From positions 21,523 to 85,522 of the forward strand of contig JAHISJ010000012.1 of assembly GCA_018818205.1 (NCBI GenBank): a stretch of 64,000 bases of DNA. Direction: 5' to 3'. Below the pieces are notes generated by a model, which worked only from the letters and a program-made list of their open reading frames with translations, was not told where the DNA came from and made no database searches. The translations under genes and the position numbers were made by a program. Source of the stretch: Patescibacteria group bacterium (GTDB lineage Bacteria > Patescibacteriota > JABMPQ01 > JAHIRA01). Shown one piece after another: positions 26,907 to 37,929 of this stretch (its first letter is position 1; each line of letters opens with the position of its first letter).

Positions 26907-28991
26907 ATGAAAGAGTCTCGTAAAAAAGATATTACTCTGGACTCTCCGCTTACTGATGTTCGAAAGATAGATACAAAACATAAGGAAGCATTAAAAAGGC
27001 TCGGACTCAAAACGGTACGAGACCTTCTTTTTTATTTTCCGGTAAAATATGAGGACTTTAGCACTATCACACCAATCAACAAAATGGTGATTGGAAAGAA
27101 AAATACCATCCAAGGAGTGATTAAAGAGATCAAAAACAGCACAACCAGAAGAAAAAACATGGTCATTACAAACGCCATGCTTGAGGATGATACCGGTGCC
27201 TTGCCGATAGTATGGTTTAGACAGCCCTATCTTGAGTCATTTCTAAAAACGGGTACATACGTGACACTTACGGGTACCATTGAGCATGGCTACAACGGAC
27301 TTCAGATGACCAGCCCTGCATATGAAAAATATAAAGAAGAATCAATTCACTCCGGAAGAATCGTCCCTGTTTATTCAGAAACGGCAAATATTACGTCAAA
27401 ATGGTTACGTTTTTTTCTAAAACCATTGCTTAAACATGCAAAAGAGTGCCCGGAATTCATTCCAAAAAGTATCATTGATTCATATGCTCTTATTCCACTA
27501 GACCTAGCGCTAAATGAAATTCACTTTCCGAGTTCTAAAAAAGAACTGGGGAAAGCAAGAAAACGGCTTGCGTTTCAAGAGATGTTCTTGCTTCAAATTG
27601 CACATTTATTTAAAAGAGCCCGCTTTCAAAAAGAACGTGCTACAGCTATTCCGTTTGACGAAGAACTAATACGTGACTTTGTGACCACGCTTCCATTCAC
27701 ACTAACGGATGATCAAAAAAAGACTGCGTGGCAGATCTTTAAAGACATAGAAAAAGATGAGCCTATGAATCGACTGTTGGAAGGCGATGTAGGTTCTGGG
27801 AAAACAGTAGTTGCAGCGCTTGCACTCTTTCTCACAAGTAAAAGATCACTACAAAGCCTTGTCCTTGCCCCTACTGAAATTCTTGCAATGCAGCACTTTA
27901 ACAGTCTAAAAAAGCTTTTTAGAAAAAGCCCTATTGAGCTCGCACTCTATACGAGAACCCAGCACCATACTAAAGATGGCGAAACCACAGAAGAAGAACT
28001 AATTGAAAAACTTGCGGGTGGTCACATAGATGTTGCTGTTGGCACGCATACACTTTTAAAACAGGAAGTGTCCGGGAAAAATATCGGCCTTGTTATTGTC
28101 GATGAGCAACATCGTTTTGGTGTTAAGCAACGTGCAGAACTTAAAAAAAGCAGTACATCAAAGACTAAGCCACACTTTCTTTCTATGACTGCAACTCCCA
28201 TACCCCGCACACTCGCACTGGCACTGTATGGTGATTTGGACATCTCGATCATAAAAGAGATGCCAAAAAATAGAAAGACTGTACAAACGCAACTTGTTTC
28301 ACCGTATGACCGAGAAAAAATGTATGACTTCATCAAAGAAAAAATTGATCAAGGAGAGCAAGCTTTTGTTGTTTGCCCACTTATTGAAGAATCAGATACA
28401 CTTGGAGTCAAATCTGTGACAGAAGAATACAAGAAACTAAATACCCACGTGTTTCCTGACGTATCAATCGATCTCTTGCACGGTAAATTAAAAAAGGATG
28501 AAAAAGAATCGGTTATGCAAAGGTTCATGGCTAAAAAGACAAGCATACTTGTCTCTACTTCTGTTATTGAAGTGGGTATAGACGTACCCAACGCAACGAT
28601 AATGATGATAGAAGGCGCTGAACGATTTGGCCTCTCTCAACTACACCAGTTTAGAGGTCGCGTTGGTAGGGGTGACAAACAATCCTACTGCTTCCTCTTC
28701 TCGGAATCCCCCAGTAACACGTCGTTTGAACGACTTAAAACATTAGAATCAGTACATTCCGGGTTCGAACTTTCAGAGAAAGATTTAGAGATGCGTGGGC
28801 CTGGAGAAGTATACGGTGTAAGGCAGTCTGGACTCCCGGACCTTAAAATGGCGTCGCTTTCTGACGCTACCCTTATTGCTGAAACAAGAGAAGCAGCAAG
28901 CACAATAATTAAAGAAAGTGCCTCACTAAAAAAGTTCCCTGCACTTAAGAGAGAACTTAATTCTTTTGAGAAGACGGTTCATTTTGAGTAA
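26907..28991 (+). CDS. recG: ATP-dependent DNA helicase RecG
   Basis: Helicase motifs GDVGSGKT and VIVDEQHRFG, N-terminal wedge domain, about 694 aa. Confidence 0.85.
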   Translation: MKESRKKDITLDSPLTDVRKIDTKHKEALKRLGLKTVRDLLFYFPVKYEDFSTITPINKMVIGKKNTIQGVIKEIKNSTTRRKNMVITNAMLEDDTGALPIVWFRQPYLESFLKTGTYVTLTGTIEHGYNGLQMTSPAYEKYKEESIHSGRIVPVYSETANITSKWLRFFLKPLLKHAKECPEFIPKSIIDSYALIPLDLALNEIHFPSSKKELGKARKRLAFQEMFLLQIAHLFKRARFQKERATAIPFDEELIRDFVTTLPFTLTDDQKKTAWQIFKDIEKDEPMNRLLEGDVGSGKTVVAALALFLTSKRSLQSLVLAPTEILAMQHFNSLKKLFRKSPIELALYTRTQHHTKDGETTEEELIEKLAGGHIDVAVGTHTLLKQEVSGKNIGLVIVDEQHRFGVKQRAELKKSSTSKTKPHFLSMTATPIPRTLALALYGDLDISIIKEMPKNRKTVQTQLVSPYDREKMYDFIKEKIDQGEQAFVVCPLIEESDTLGVKSVTEEYKKLNTHVFPDVSIDLLHGKLKKDEKESVMQRFMAKKTSILVSTSVIEVGIDVPNATIMMIEGAERFGLSQLHQFRGRVGRGDKQSYCFLFSESPSNTSFERLKTLESVHSGFELSEKDLEMRGPGEVYGVRQSGLPDLKMASLSDATLIAETREAASTIIKESASLKKFPALKRELNSFEKTVHFE

Positions 28992-29005
28992 ATTCTACAA
29001 ACACT

Positions 29006-30346
29006 TCACTGCAACGTTTTTTTAACAATGTCAGCAATCGACTGAGAAGAGATGGCATTCCCTGAAAAATCTACTTCGGTTCTGCTTGGTACAATAACTG
29101 TTTTAAACCCCAACTTTTCTGCTTCTTTAAGCCGATTACTACTTTGCGCAACGCTCCGTAACTCTCCGGAAAGACCAACCTCACCAAACGCCAAGGTAGT
29201 ATCATCAATAGGTCTTCCAAGAAGCGACGAGGCAACAGCAAGGCATACAGGAACATCAGCCGCAGGCTCTTTGATTGAAAACCCACCAACAACATTAACA
29301 TACACATCCTGGTCCTCAAGTTTTAACCGTGCTCTTTTTTGCAGCACTGCTATCAAAAGCTCAAGCCTCCTTTGGTCAAAGCCTGATGCTGTTCTTTTAG
29401 GGTACCCAAAATTAGTTCTGGTGGTAAGTGCTTGTACCTCAAGCAAGAACGCTCTGTTTCCTTCCATGATTGCGGTTACCACTGACCCCGTTGATCCTTC
29501 TGTTCTCTCCGCTAAAAAGAGTTCGGATGGATTTTTCACTTCAATAAGTCCTTTTTCTGCCATCTCAAAGACTCCTGCTTCATTGGTAGAGCCAAACCTA
29601 TTCTTAACACCTCTGAGTACTCTCAATGTATGATATCTATCTCCTTCTAGATACAAAACCGTATCCACAAGATGCTCGAGTGTTTTGGGCCCCGCAACAT
29701 TCCCCTCCTTTGTAACATGACCAATCAAAACAAACGCAATGTTATGTGCCTTAGCATACGGAATAAGTCGCGCTGCAGATTCCCTCACTTGCGCGACGCT
29801 CCCCATGGACGAGGCAACATCACTGGTTTGAAGCGTTTGAATAGAGTCCACCACAACCATTGCCGGCTTTTCTACTTCAACCATAGCAAGAATACTATCG
29901 ACATCATTTTCTGAGGCAAATAGTACGTTTTTCTCTCTTGCTCCGAGCCGCTTTGCACGCATAGATACCTGATACGCCGATTCCTCTCCGGAAAAATAGA
30001 GTACCGTGTTTGCTTTTGAAAGGTTTGAGAGAAACTGTAACACTAAAGTCGATTTACCTATGCCTGGATCTCCGGAAAGAAGTGTCACACTCCCCCTTAC
30101 AAACCCACCGCCAAGTACCTGGTCAAGCTCGCCAATGTCAGTTTTAAACCGCGTTAAGCCTGTTGATTTTATATCAGAAAAAAGAACGGGTTTACAAGCC
30201 GCCTTTTGTGTTGGTTGATTATTTTTTCCGGAAACAACTGTCTGCTCTTCTAGTGTGTTCCATTCTTCGCACTGCTCACACTTTCCTGACCATCTTAGTG
30301 CTCTAGTACCACATGAAGAACAAACAAAGACTGTTTTCTCTTTCAT
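29006..30346 (-). CDS. radA: DNA repair protein RadA/Sms
   Basis: N-terminal C4 zinc finger CSSCG...CEQC. RecA-like GDPGIGKST. KNRFG motif. Lon-like C-terminus. Confidence 0.85.
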   Translation of the reverse strand: MKEKTVFVCSSCGTRALRWSGKCEQCEEWNTLEEQTVVSGKNNQPTQKAACKPVLFSDIKSTGLTRFKTDIGELDQVLGGGFVRGSVTLLSGDPGIGKSTLVLQFLSNLSKANTVLYFSGEESAYQVSMRAKRLGAREKNVLFASENDVDSILAMVEVEKPAMVVVDSIQTLQTSDVASSMGSVAQVRESAARLIPYAKAHNIAFVLIGHVTKEGNVAGPKTLEHLVDTVLYLEGDRYHTLRVLRGVKNRFGSTNEAGVFEMAEKGLIEVKNPSELFLAERTEGSTGSVVTAIMEGNRAFLLEVQALTTRTNFGYPKRTASGFDQRRLELLIAVLQKRARLKLEDQDVYVNVVGGFSIKEPAADVPVCLAVASSLLGRPIDDTTLAFGEVGLSGELRSVAQSSNRLKEAEKLGFKTVIVPSRTEVDFSGNAISSQSIADIVKKTLQ

Positions 30347-31504
30347 TTACGAAATATCGAGTGTATAAAATTTACTGTCAAGCCCGTTAATGTAATATAA
30401 CACCTTTTCATCTTGGTTGTAAAACATTTGATGGTAATTAACCGGCTTTTCTGGATCTGCAACAGGAAGGGTTGTTTCTTGTTCTGTTGGAATATTATAC
30501 CTAATCAAAAGCTCCGGTGCCGTATCACTCCACATATCAAAGGAAACGGCACAAACCATATTTTGGTCATCCTCAAAAACACATTTATTCGCAAACGTTT
30601 CCAGATTGGTTTCTTTAAACGACTCATCCTTGAGATTGTAGAGTACAACATTTGTTGCCGCCCTATCGTCATCGTCTGTTCGCCTGTCTGCAATAAGAAA
30701 GGTTCTATCTGGAGAAAGAAAAAAGTTAACCACAGGGCCGATAACGGAAAGTACCGTTTCTTCTTTATTATCAAGCGTTAGCTTAGTTAACAGCGCACCA
30801 TCAGTTGCTGAAAACTCATTTTGATAAATAATATAATTATCAGCCACCCACACAAAGGTAAGCCCCTGATAATACTCATCCGTGTTTGGGAATGAATAGA
30901 CTTCTTCCCAATTTTTTCCATCTGGATCAGCAATATTAAGTGTATTTTTTCGCTTAAACGCGTTCACGAACTGATACATAATTTTTTTTGAATCGGGTGA
31001 CCATGTTATTCCCTGTGTATCTTCAGGAAGTACTGCTGTATCCTTGCTAGTTAAGTTTACATATAGCTGCTTCCCTTCAGGATTTGTTGCAATTGCTTTA
31101 GTTCTGTCAGGTGAGAAAGAAACATCACTCATCTGCTCTTCAAACGTATACACTGTTTCCTGTCCAGTTTGAGAGAACTTCATAATAGCATTGCTGCTTG
31201 GAGAGAAGTAATAAAAACTACCATCGGGTTGATAAGATAATTGCTCATCTTGAAATGTCTGATCAGGAGTGGCATCACTTGGCTTAGTAAGTGGGCCGAT
31301 TGCCCCCTGGTTCACTTCTTCTTGTCGCTTTACAATTACCGCTGATGACTCAATAAAGTTTTCTGACGTATTTTCTGTTACTACCTCTTCAGTCTTTGAA
31401 TCACTACGTGTAAGCAATACACTGATGATAATAACACCGCCAACAACCACAAAAGCTACAGCGATGATGATGATAACCAGTTTTCTTTTCTTAAAAAACC
31501 CCAT
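30347..31504 (-). CDS. membrane-anchored PD40/TolB-like beta-propeller protein
   Basis: N-terminal TM helix. Repeated SPDxx motifs (SPDRT, DPDGK, SPDSKK). Confidence 0.45.
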   Translation of the reverse strand: MGFFKKRKLVIIIIAVAFVVVGGVIIISVLLTRSDSKTEEVVTENTSENFIESSAVIVKRQEEVNQGAIGPLTKPSDATPDQTFQDEQLSYQPDGSFYYFSPSSNAIMKFSQTGQETVYTFEEQMSDVSFSPDRTKAIATNPEGKQLYVNLTSKDTAVLPEDTQGITWSPDSKKIMYQFVNAFKRKNTLNIADPDGKNWEEVYSFPNTDEYYQGLTFVWVADNYIIYQNEFSATDGALLTKLTLDNKEETVLSVIGPVVNFFLSPDRTFLIADRRTDDDDRAATNVVLYNLKDESFKETNLETFANKCVFEDDQNMVCAVSFDMWSDTAPELLIRYNIPTEQETTLPVADPEKPVNYHQMFYNQDEKVLYYINGLDSKFYTLDIS

Positions 31505-32628
31505 TATTTTTGTTTACGGTAAACAGATAACGTTCCACCAGCTGGTGCGGTTATCCCCGTTGTGCCAATGCACTGTAATTTTGTAGTACCAGCGCTTTTG
31601 GTAAAAGTACTTTTAACATTGTCATTGTAATTCCCCGGACCATGATTTTGCCATTCAGGATATGCCGCAAGCTTGTTTTCACACTCAAACGTTTTCCCTT
31701 TTGAATTTTTTGACATATAAGTGTCACTGGTGGTACCCTTTCCGGTTCTAGTAAGATTGCAAGCCGCACCGGGAGATGGCGTGTATGAATGAATTACTTT
31801 TCCGCCTCCCACAGCCAACATTGAATGCTGAGAAGTCCCACTTGACGATACTCGTATAACAATATCACCTGCCTGAATTGAGTTAGGATCACCATTATAC
31901 GCAATTTTCTTAAACCCATTTGTCACAAGATCATTTTCGTGATACCCACGTGACACTGAAGGCGAGATTTGCTTTGAACACCCACTACCAGAGTTTAACG
32001 CCCAGCCCACAAAGTATGCACAGTGGTTACCGACTACGCACGCCCCATCAAGTTCCTTAGCCTTTGCAATAGTTGACTGAGGATCCCCACACTTTGTTGT
32101 ACACCACTTATTGTCTTTCCCCTGTGCACACTCCTCACCACTTTGCTTTGCTTTCTCACACGCATCCTTTGAAGCATAAGTAGTTCTTCCTTTACAAACA
32201 TCAGTGAAACTACCACTCGTACCAGATCCTGTACCCGCTCCCGGAACGTTATATCCTCCCGCAGAACCAAGAAGCTGTGGTTCTTTACAGACCAAAATAT
32301 TTGGTGCCAGCGTACTAAAAACAAGCCACGAGGCAAGGACTAATATGACACCAATAATAGCACCTAGAATAACTTCCTTTGCTTTAGTCATCTTCTCCGG
32401 ATTGCCACCGCTCATCATGTACATAGAGCCGCCAATAATCACCGCAATCACCGCCAAAATTCCTACCACACTTACTCCAAAGTTAAAAAGGTTCTTTGCA
32501 TACTGACAAAACGTGCTTCCCTGAAAAAATATATTTGCGGCGAATGCAGAAATAGGCGCAACCAAAACCGCAACACTTACCGTGCCTAAAAATAAACCAT
32601 ACATCTTTTTAACGCTTCTTCTCTGCAT
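31504..32628 (-). CDS. membrane protein with C-terminal CHAP/NlpC-P60-like peptidoglycan hydrolase domain
   Basis: Signal peptide plus two hydrophobic segments. C-terminal Cys (CAYFVGWAL) and His (HSMLAVGGG) blocks. Confidence 0.45.
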   Translation of the reverse strand: MQRRSVKKMYGLFLGTVSVAVLVAPISAFAANIFFQGSTFCQYAKNLFNFGVSVVGILAVIAVIIGGSMYMMSGGNPEKMTKAKEVILGAIIGVILVLASWLVFSTLAPNILVCKEPQLLGSAGGYNVPGAGTGSGTSGSFTDVCKGRTTYASKDACEKAKQSGEECAQGKDNKWCTTKCGDPQSTIAKAKELDGACVVGNHCAYFVGWALNSGSGCSKQISPSVSRGYHENDLVTNGFKKIAYNGDPNSIQAGDIVIRVSSSGTSQHSMLAVGGGKVIHSYTPSPGAACNLTRTGKGTTSDTYMSKNSKGKTFECENKLAAYPEWQNHGPGNYNDNVKSTFTKSAGTTKLQCIGTTGITAPAGGTLSVYRKQK

Positions 32629-32644
32629 TTTTACTCACGCTTAC

Positions 32645-33892
32645 CTACTTATTTTCAGGAACAATAAGTCCATACAGTCTATCATCTTGACGTCTTTTGA
32701 AATACATCGTTCTGCCACTTTCAGAAATAAATGGATCAAAGACATCATAAGCGAGATTAAACTCTGTTGGCCCGGCAAGACGTTCTTTTTTGCCGGTATC
32801 AGTATCAATTCTAAAAAATGAATCTTCAGTTACATAATTTTCTTGCAGGTAATCATCTGGAAGAACAAACTCAACATTTTTATTCTGTGGAACTCCACAG
32901 TAAACAGTTTTATTATCCGGAGCAAACGCACACTTCTCTGCCATGGTAGAAAGTCCTAAATCTTTGTGCTCATTTCCTTCAATATCGGTCATGTATAAGA
33001 ACACTTCATTAGGACGCGCAGAGGACGCGGTGTAGAGGAGTTTTTTACCATCGGGTGAGAGAGTATATGAAAGACCATACGCATCTCCCACAACTGTCGT
33101 CATAGTGTCTCCTGATGTCTCGAGTGAGAAGAGTGACGTCATATCGTATCCTGTTGGTTCCTCAGCAACCACAAATTTAAATGGGTCAGGCCATGCAAGT
33201 GACACATTATCCATGTGATACGGACGTACTATCTTCCACTTTGACCCATCAAAATCAGCCGATGAAATATTTGAAACGTCATTATTTTGATCAACAAAGA
33301 GATAGACTATCTTTGAACCATCGGGAGATACTGCTGCATCAGCTACATTGTTTCCAAGGTCGTTAAATGCCTGATTGTTAAAGTTAAAAGAAATAAAACG
33401 CTTCGTAGTACCCGCATCACCAGAAAAGACCACAATCGCTGCATCTTTTGAATCGCCCCATTTGACATTGTACACATTATTGAATCCACCACTCGTGATG
33501 GCTTCTACCGATGATCCATCCGGGTTGCTTTGATAGAACTCGTTATTCACCGAGTCGAAGTACAAAATCTTTTGTCTATCTTTAGAAAGTGTTGGTGAAA
33601 GAACATCGCTGTCGAGTACCTTTCGCACTGTTACCTCAGATACATCTTCAAAGCCAGGCCTGTTTGCGTCTTGCTGCGACTGTAATTCTTTTTGTTTGTC
33701 TGCCTCTGTTTTCCCCTGTGCTATTTCCTCATCGGTAAGCCTAATACGAATATCCTCACTACCTACAAGAGGTGTTATTGCTCCTTGCTCAGTCACCACT
33801 TCTTTTGGCCTCAGCCACGTATACAAGACAATACCAATTATCACAACGGCAACCGCACTGCCTATTATTATGTACAAACGCTTTTTAGTCAT
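32645..33892 (-). CDS. membrane-anchored PD40/TolB-like beta-propeller protein (paralog of 30347-31504)
   Basis: N-terminal TM helix. SPDGSK and SPDGKK repeats. Confidence 0.45.
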   Translation of the reverse strand: MTKKRLYIIIGSAVAVVIIGIVLYTWLRPKEVVTEQGAITPLVGSEDIRIRLTDEEIAQGKTEADKQKELQSQQDANRPGFEDVSEVTVRKVLDSDVLSPTLSKDRQKILYFDSVNNEFYQSNPDGSSVEAITSGGFNNVYNVKWGDSKDAAIVVFSGDAGTTKRFISFNFNNQAFNDLGNNVADAAVSPDGSKIVYLFVDQNNDVSNISSADFDGSKWKIVRPYHMDNVSLAWPDPFKFVVAEEPTGYDMTSLFSLETSGDTMTTVVGDAYGLSYTLSPDGKKLLYTASSARPNEVFLYMTDIEGNEHKDLGLSTMAEKCAFAPDNKTVYCGVPQNKNVEFVLPDDYLQENYVTEDSFFRIDTDTGKKERLAGPTEFNLAYDVFDPFISESGRTMYFKRRQDDRLYGLIVPENK

Positions 33893-33928
33893 AAGAAGAC
33901 TTGCTAGAACTAAAGTTAGATAGGTATA

Positions 33929-36900
33929 TTATTTTTTTAATTCGGGACGCCCTTTGTACATCATGTACACTATTGCGGCAAGAAGGGCAAAACCACCAAG
34001 AGCGAAGGTAACATTAAAGACGTTCTTGTAGTGTTCCGGAATAAATTTGGATATTGATCCGGAAATAAATTCTTCTTCATTAATTTCAACACCCTCAGCC
34101 AACTCAAATTCAAATGCAGAGGAGAACCTCAGTGTCTGAGTCGCACTTTGCTGTAACACATTATCATAATCTCCAGTCACTTCTCCCTCAGTTGATACCT
34201 CAAATGTAATTTCATCAATATCTCCATCGGTTGCGGACGCCGTGAATGTATATGATCCTGGTGATGGATTTGATCCTTGAATTTTTCGTGTTGCATTTTC
34301 ATCAATAACACCGTTTCTAGACCACGCATACTCAAAGCCTAAACCCTCAGCGCCACCACCCGGAAGCGGTCTAAAATACTGCGGTGAAACAAACACGGTT
34401 ACTTCAGAACCGGGAACCACTTTGTATTTTGATTCAGAAGTATTTGTATTATCACCACCCGTTGAAACAAGCTGTGCACCATCTACTTTTGCTTCAACGT
34501 ACGGTCGAACTACTCTGAGTTCTTTAATATCTCTTGCAAAAAGTTCACCGGTCCCTGTGTTTATTACTTCAAGCCTAAGATAATGACTACTATCATCATC
34601 TACTTGCCTCAAATCAGAGCCCTCGCTAGTCATTGCGACCTGGATACCTGACATACCGGCACCGCTCTTTTCTTCTTGGATTAAATCGTCAAAGTACCAG
34701 TTGTACACAAGTTTTTCCGCTAAGTCATCTGGACACTGTTTGCCAGCACCCTTTGCAATATCTGTTTCTAAATCATCAAGTTTTGCAGTGACACGTACAA
34801 CATCACCCACTCTATATCCCTTTCTTGGATCAACGGTGGTGTTTGCATTTTTCTTAAACTCACCGTTATCAATCGCGTTTTCTACATCTAGAGAATTATC
34901 CTTATCAACACCATCTTTAAGTGCAGCTTCTAACGAGGTGTCTCTTATTTCATTAATTGCTGAGGGATCGTTAAGATTATACGCTTGAAGCACGGTATCT
35001 CCAGCCGGGTCTACATTGGTAATTAATGCTTCTGTCAGTGAAACATCTGAGCCAATAGGAATCTTGACGTCACCATGTGTGGTTGTACCTGTCTTATCAT
35101 CCACCAAATCAAGACCAACTGTACGTGAGGTACAGACTCCAAGAGTCTTCCCTGGATTTAATTTTCCCCAAATGGTTTCTCCGTCATCAATATTGAACTC
35201 TAAGTTCTTTTTATTTGTGCCTGACGGCGCAAACATATCGGTACCCAGTTCCTTCTTACTCTTTACCATAAAAGCACTAGCAAATTCAAATGGGCCCACT
35301 AGCTCAGATTCGGGTGCCGGAAGCGGTACATTGTCTAAATACCATTGGTAAAAGAGGGGTACCGTTGTTTCATCTGTTGATGTTGCCCCCGCGGTTACTA
35401 ACACTGGGTTTCCTGAACTATTTCCTGAATTCTTATTTATTTTTGTCACCGGATACGGTGCATATACAAGCCTCACTGGAATAGGTAGCCCCCCACCTAC
35501 ACGAAGCGACTTTTGATCATCGGCTGATTCAATCCACCATTTGCTTACATTTTGAGAAGCATTAGGCGCGGCATCAGCTCCTCTCACCTGTGAACCTCTT
35601 GTGCTATCACCGACTACATGTACCTGTACTTGTATGTTGTCACCTGCTTTTTTATTAAATACAACCGGAACCGCCTGTTGTTTTAGGCCTATATAATCTG
35701 CTCCATCGGGAATACCATCAGCGTCTGTATCAGCATTTTGTGGATCGGTCCCCGCAATATATTCCATAAAGTTTGCAAAGATGCCTCCACCCGAGACCAC
35801 CTCAATGGTATTATTTTTGGCGGTAGATTTAAAATTTGGCGCTCCAAGTTGCCATCCTTCAGTTACTATAGGTGACAGCTGTTTGCCTGCACTAATCATA
35901 CACGATTCATTCTCAAGAAGTTGAATCCACTTAGAGCCAGGAGTTTTATCCGGATATTCATTCTTAAAATCATAATTACAATTGTTGAGCACATCATTTA
36001 CATGCACTCCATCACCATCAGGGTCTTCCAGTGGACTCACGGATCTTAAGAAATTCCCATACATTTTTTCAGCATTGTCTTTTTCTCCAATATCAATCTT
36101 GCCGTACTTTTGATTTTCTTTAACCGGCCAATTACCCCCGGCGGCAAAACCTAAATAGGGTGAAAAGAGAATAAATTTTTTGGCAGCAGGTGGCTGAACC
36201 TTTTTGTCTTGCCCCGCGTATTTACCAAAATACAAAAGTTCCCATGAATCTGCCATACCATCGGCATCTATATCATCATCCGCGTTAACCGTTCTCTCAA
36301 ATGCAAGAGAATCGCGTATATCTTTCTTTAAAAATTGAGAAGATCGTGCCGCTTGTTGTAAAAAATACTGCTGCAGGTTCTGGTTCTGTGGTTGATCTAA
36401 TCCATACTTATTTTCAACTGCTGCAAGTTTTTGTGCAAGCGCTTCTTGCTTCTTTTGATCTTTGGGATTATTTTGAGCAGATATAACTAAATTGGCATAC
36501 TCTGTTGAAAGCTCACGTGCCTTTTTCTCCCATAAAAGGTCCGGATCTTTTTGAGCTTCGGTAAGCTTTTTCAATTCTTCTTTTGAATAAACGCCTTCCA
36601 AATTTCGTGCAAGCTTACTTTGAACACTAATATCTTTATTAAACAAAATATATCGAGCTACGTCAGCATACTGTGCTGGAACTGCAGGTACGAGAGGGGC
36701 AATAAAATAATTATCATTATGTATCCGAGCGTCACCGGATCCATCCATACCAAGCACATCTGTAGCAATATACTCAAAATTGTAAATGTTTTTAATATTG
36801 CATGCACCTTTGCCTCCTTTAAGCTCTCCATATTGGTTCTTAATGGCATAGGTATCATCATCTTTTTTGACAAATTCGTCCGCAGAGCCTGTTATAAATG

Positions 36901-37198
36901 TATTGACCGGAATATCATCAAAACACCAATTATAAAAAAAGTCAGTTGCAATACCTCTACCACCAAAGTTATTTATCTGTGCAAAAACCGTTGCCTCTGA
37001 CCCCGGCGAAACATAAAAAGATGGTTGTGCCTCAATAGCAACTGAAGGAGGATCGGCTTCAGTTGCTTGCTTTAATTTTTCGGCTTTTATTTCCGGTTCT
37101 CCATAGGCAAAAATCGATGAAGGACGTATTAAAACAAGACTCAAAGCACAAAGTCCTAAGACTACTCCAACAAACAATAAAACTTTTTTTTGTGACAT
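33929..37198 (-). CDS. large (1089 aa) secreted surface protein with Asp-rich Ca-binding-like repeats and a C-terminal TM anchor
   Basis: Signal peptide. DxDxDG motifs (DDDIDADGMAD, DPDGDGVHVND, DTDADGIPDGADY). C-terminal hydrophobic helix plus KGRPELKK tail. Confidence 0.5.
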   Translation of the reverse strand: MSQKKVLLFVGVVLGLCALSLVLIRPSSIFAYGEPEIKAEKLKQATEADPPSVAIEAQPSFYVSPGSEATVFAQINNFGGRGIATDFFYNWCFDDIPVNTFITGSADEFVKKDDDTYAIKNQYGELKGGKGACNIKNIYNFEYIATDVLGMDGSGDARIHNDNYFIAPLVPAVPAQYADVARYILFNKDISVQSKLARNLEGVYSKEELKKLTEAQKDPDLLWEKKARELSTEYANLVISAQNNPKDQKKQEALAQKLAAVENKYGLDQPQNQNLQQYFLQQAARSSQFLKKDIRDSLAFERTVNADDDIDADGMADSWELLYFGKYAGQDKKVQPPAAKKFILFSPYLGFAAGGNWPVKENQKYGKIDIGEKDNAEKMYGNFLRSVSPLEDPDGDGVHVNDVLNNCNYDFKNEYPDKTPGSKWIQLLENESCMISAGKQLSPIVTEGWQLGAPNFKSTAKNNTIEVVSGGGIFANFMEYIAGTDPQNADTDADGIPDGADYIGLKQQAVPVVFNKKAGDNIQVQVHVVGDSTRGSQVRGADAAPNASQNVSKWWIESADDQKSLRVGGGLPIPVRLVYAPYPVTKINKNSGNSSGNPVLVTAGATSTDETTVPLFYQWYLDNVPLPAPESELVGPFEFASAFMVKSKKELGTDMFAPSGTNKKNLEFNIDDGETIWGKLNPGKTLGVCTSRTVGLDLVDDKTGTTTHGDVKIPIGSDVSLTEALITNVDPAGDTVLQAYNLNDPSAINEIRDTSLEAALKDGVDKDNSLDVENAIDNGEFKKNANTTVDPRKGYRVGDVVRVTAKLDDLETDIAKGAGKQCPDDLAEKLVYNWYFDDLIQEEKSGAGMSGIQVAMTSEGSDLRQVDDDSSHYLRLEVINTGTGELFARDIKELRVVRPYVEAKVDGAQLVSTGGDNTNTSESKYKVVPGSEVTVFVSPQYFRPLPGGGAEGLGFEYAWSRNGVIDENATRKIQGSNPSPGSYTFTASATDGDIDEITFEVSTEGEVTGDYDNVLQQSATQTLRFSSAFEFELAEGVEINEEEFISGSISKFIPEHYKNVFNVTFALGGFALLAAIVYMMYKGRPELKK

Positions 37199-37224
37199 AA
37201 CACTTCTATGAAAAATTGTTCAAA

Positions 37225-37929
37225 TTATCCTAAAAGGAGCTTGCTAATGCCGTTTAATGCTGTAATCATTGCACTCGTACTAAACGTTCCAAGCCACAAT
37301 GCAACTTTAAACGTCTTAGGCCATTCAACTGCTGCATACATTATAACAAAAACAACTAACACTGTAATCACTAAACCAAGAATAATCTCCGGTGCGGCCG
37401 CAATGATCATTGGACCAAATTTCTTCCAGATCGTCTCTTTTACTTTTTTTGAAACGGTTCCTTTTCCCTTCTTGCCCTTTCCCGCTCCCTTTTGTACATT
37501 TTTTAATGCGTCTTGCTGTTTTTTTCTGAGCTTTGCCGCAACGCCACCCTGGTCTTTGGAAGGGACAGTATCACCACTTGCTTGTTTTGCTGGACTTGAA
37601 GATGTTTCTGCTTGCGCAGGCTGATCAGGCATAGGCTGCTCGGGTTCCGCAGCACCCGCCTGGTTTCTCGACGTTTGTACCGGTTCTTGCGAATCTTCTG
37701 GAGAAGCGGAAGGCGTGATTGACTGCACCGGTTTGTTCTGCCTAGCAGAACGCATTCCCCCACCTGGAGCACCCATTTGCTGCCCTAAATTTTGAGATCT
37801 CTGCGCTGACCCTGCAGAAGACTCTTGCATTGGCTCTGGAAGTTTGGTCGGTCTATTGGGGAGTACACCTCTTCTTACTTGTACCATGTTCTTTTTTATT
37901 CCTGCCAATAAAGACCATTTGCTTTCCAC
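37225..37929 (-). CDS. membrane protein with low-complexity N-terminal region
   Basis: Pro- and Gln-rich region followed by 2-3 C-terminal TM helices. Confidence 0.4.
   Translation of the reverse strand: MESKWSLLAGIKKNMVQVRRGVLPNRPTKLPEPMQESSAGSAQRSQNLGQQMGAPGGGMRSARQNKPVQSITPSASPEDSQEPVQTSRNQAGAAEPEQPMPDQPAQAETSSSPAKQASGDTVPSKDQGGVAAKLRKKQQDALKNVQKGAGKGKKGKGTVSKKVKETIWKKFGPMIIAAAPEIILGLVITVLVVFVIMYAAVEWPKTFKVALWLGTFSTSAMITALNGISKLLLG

Noticed and set aside
29052-29633. Antisense ORFs inside radA, the VirB6-like gene, the 1089-aa gene and others (for example 29052-29633, 44364-44876, 34701-34988)
   Set aside because: They lie entirely within longer, motif-supported genes on the opposite strand and show no motifs.
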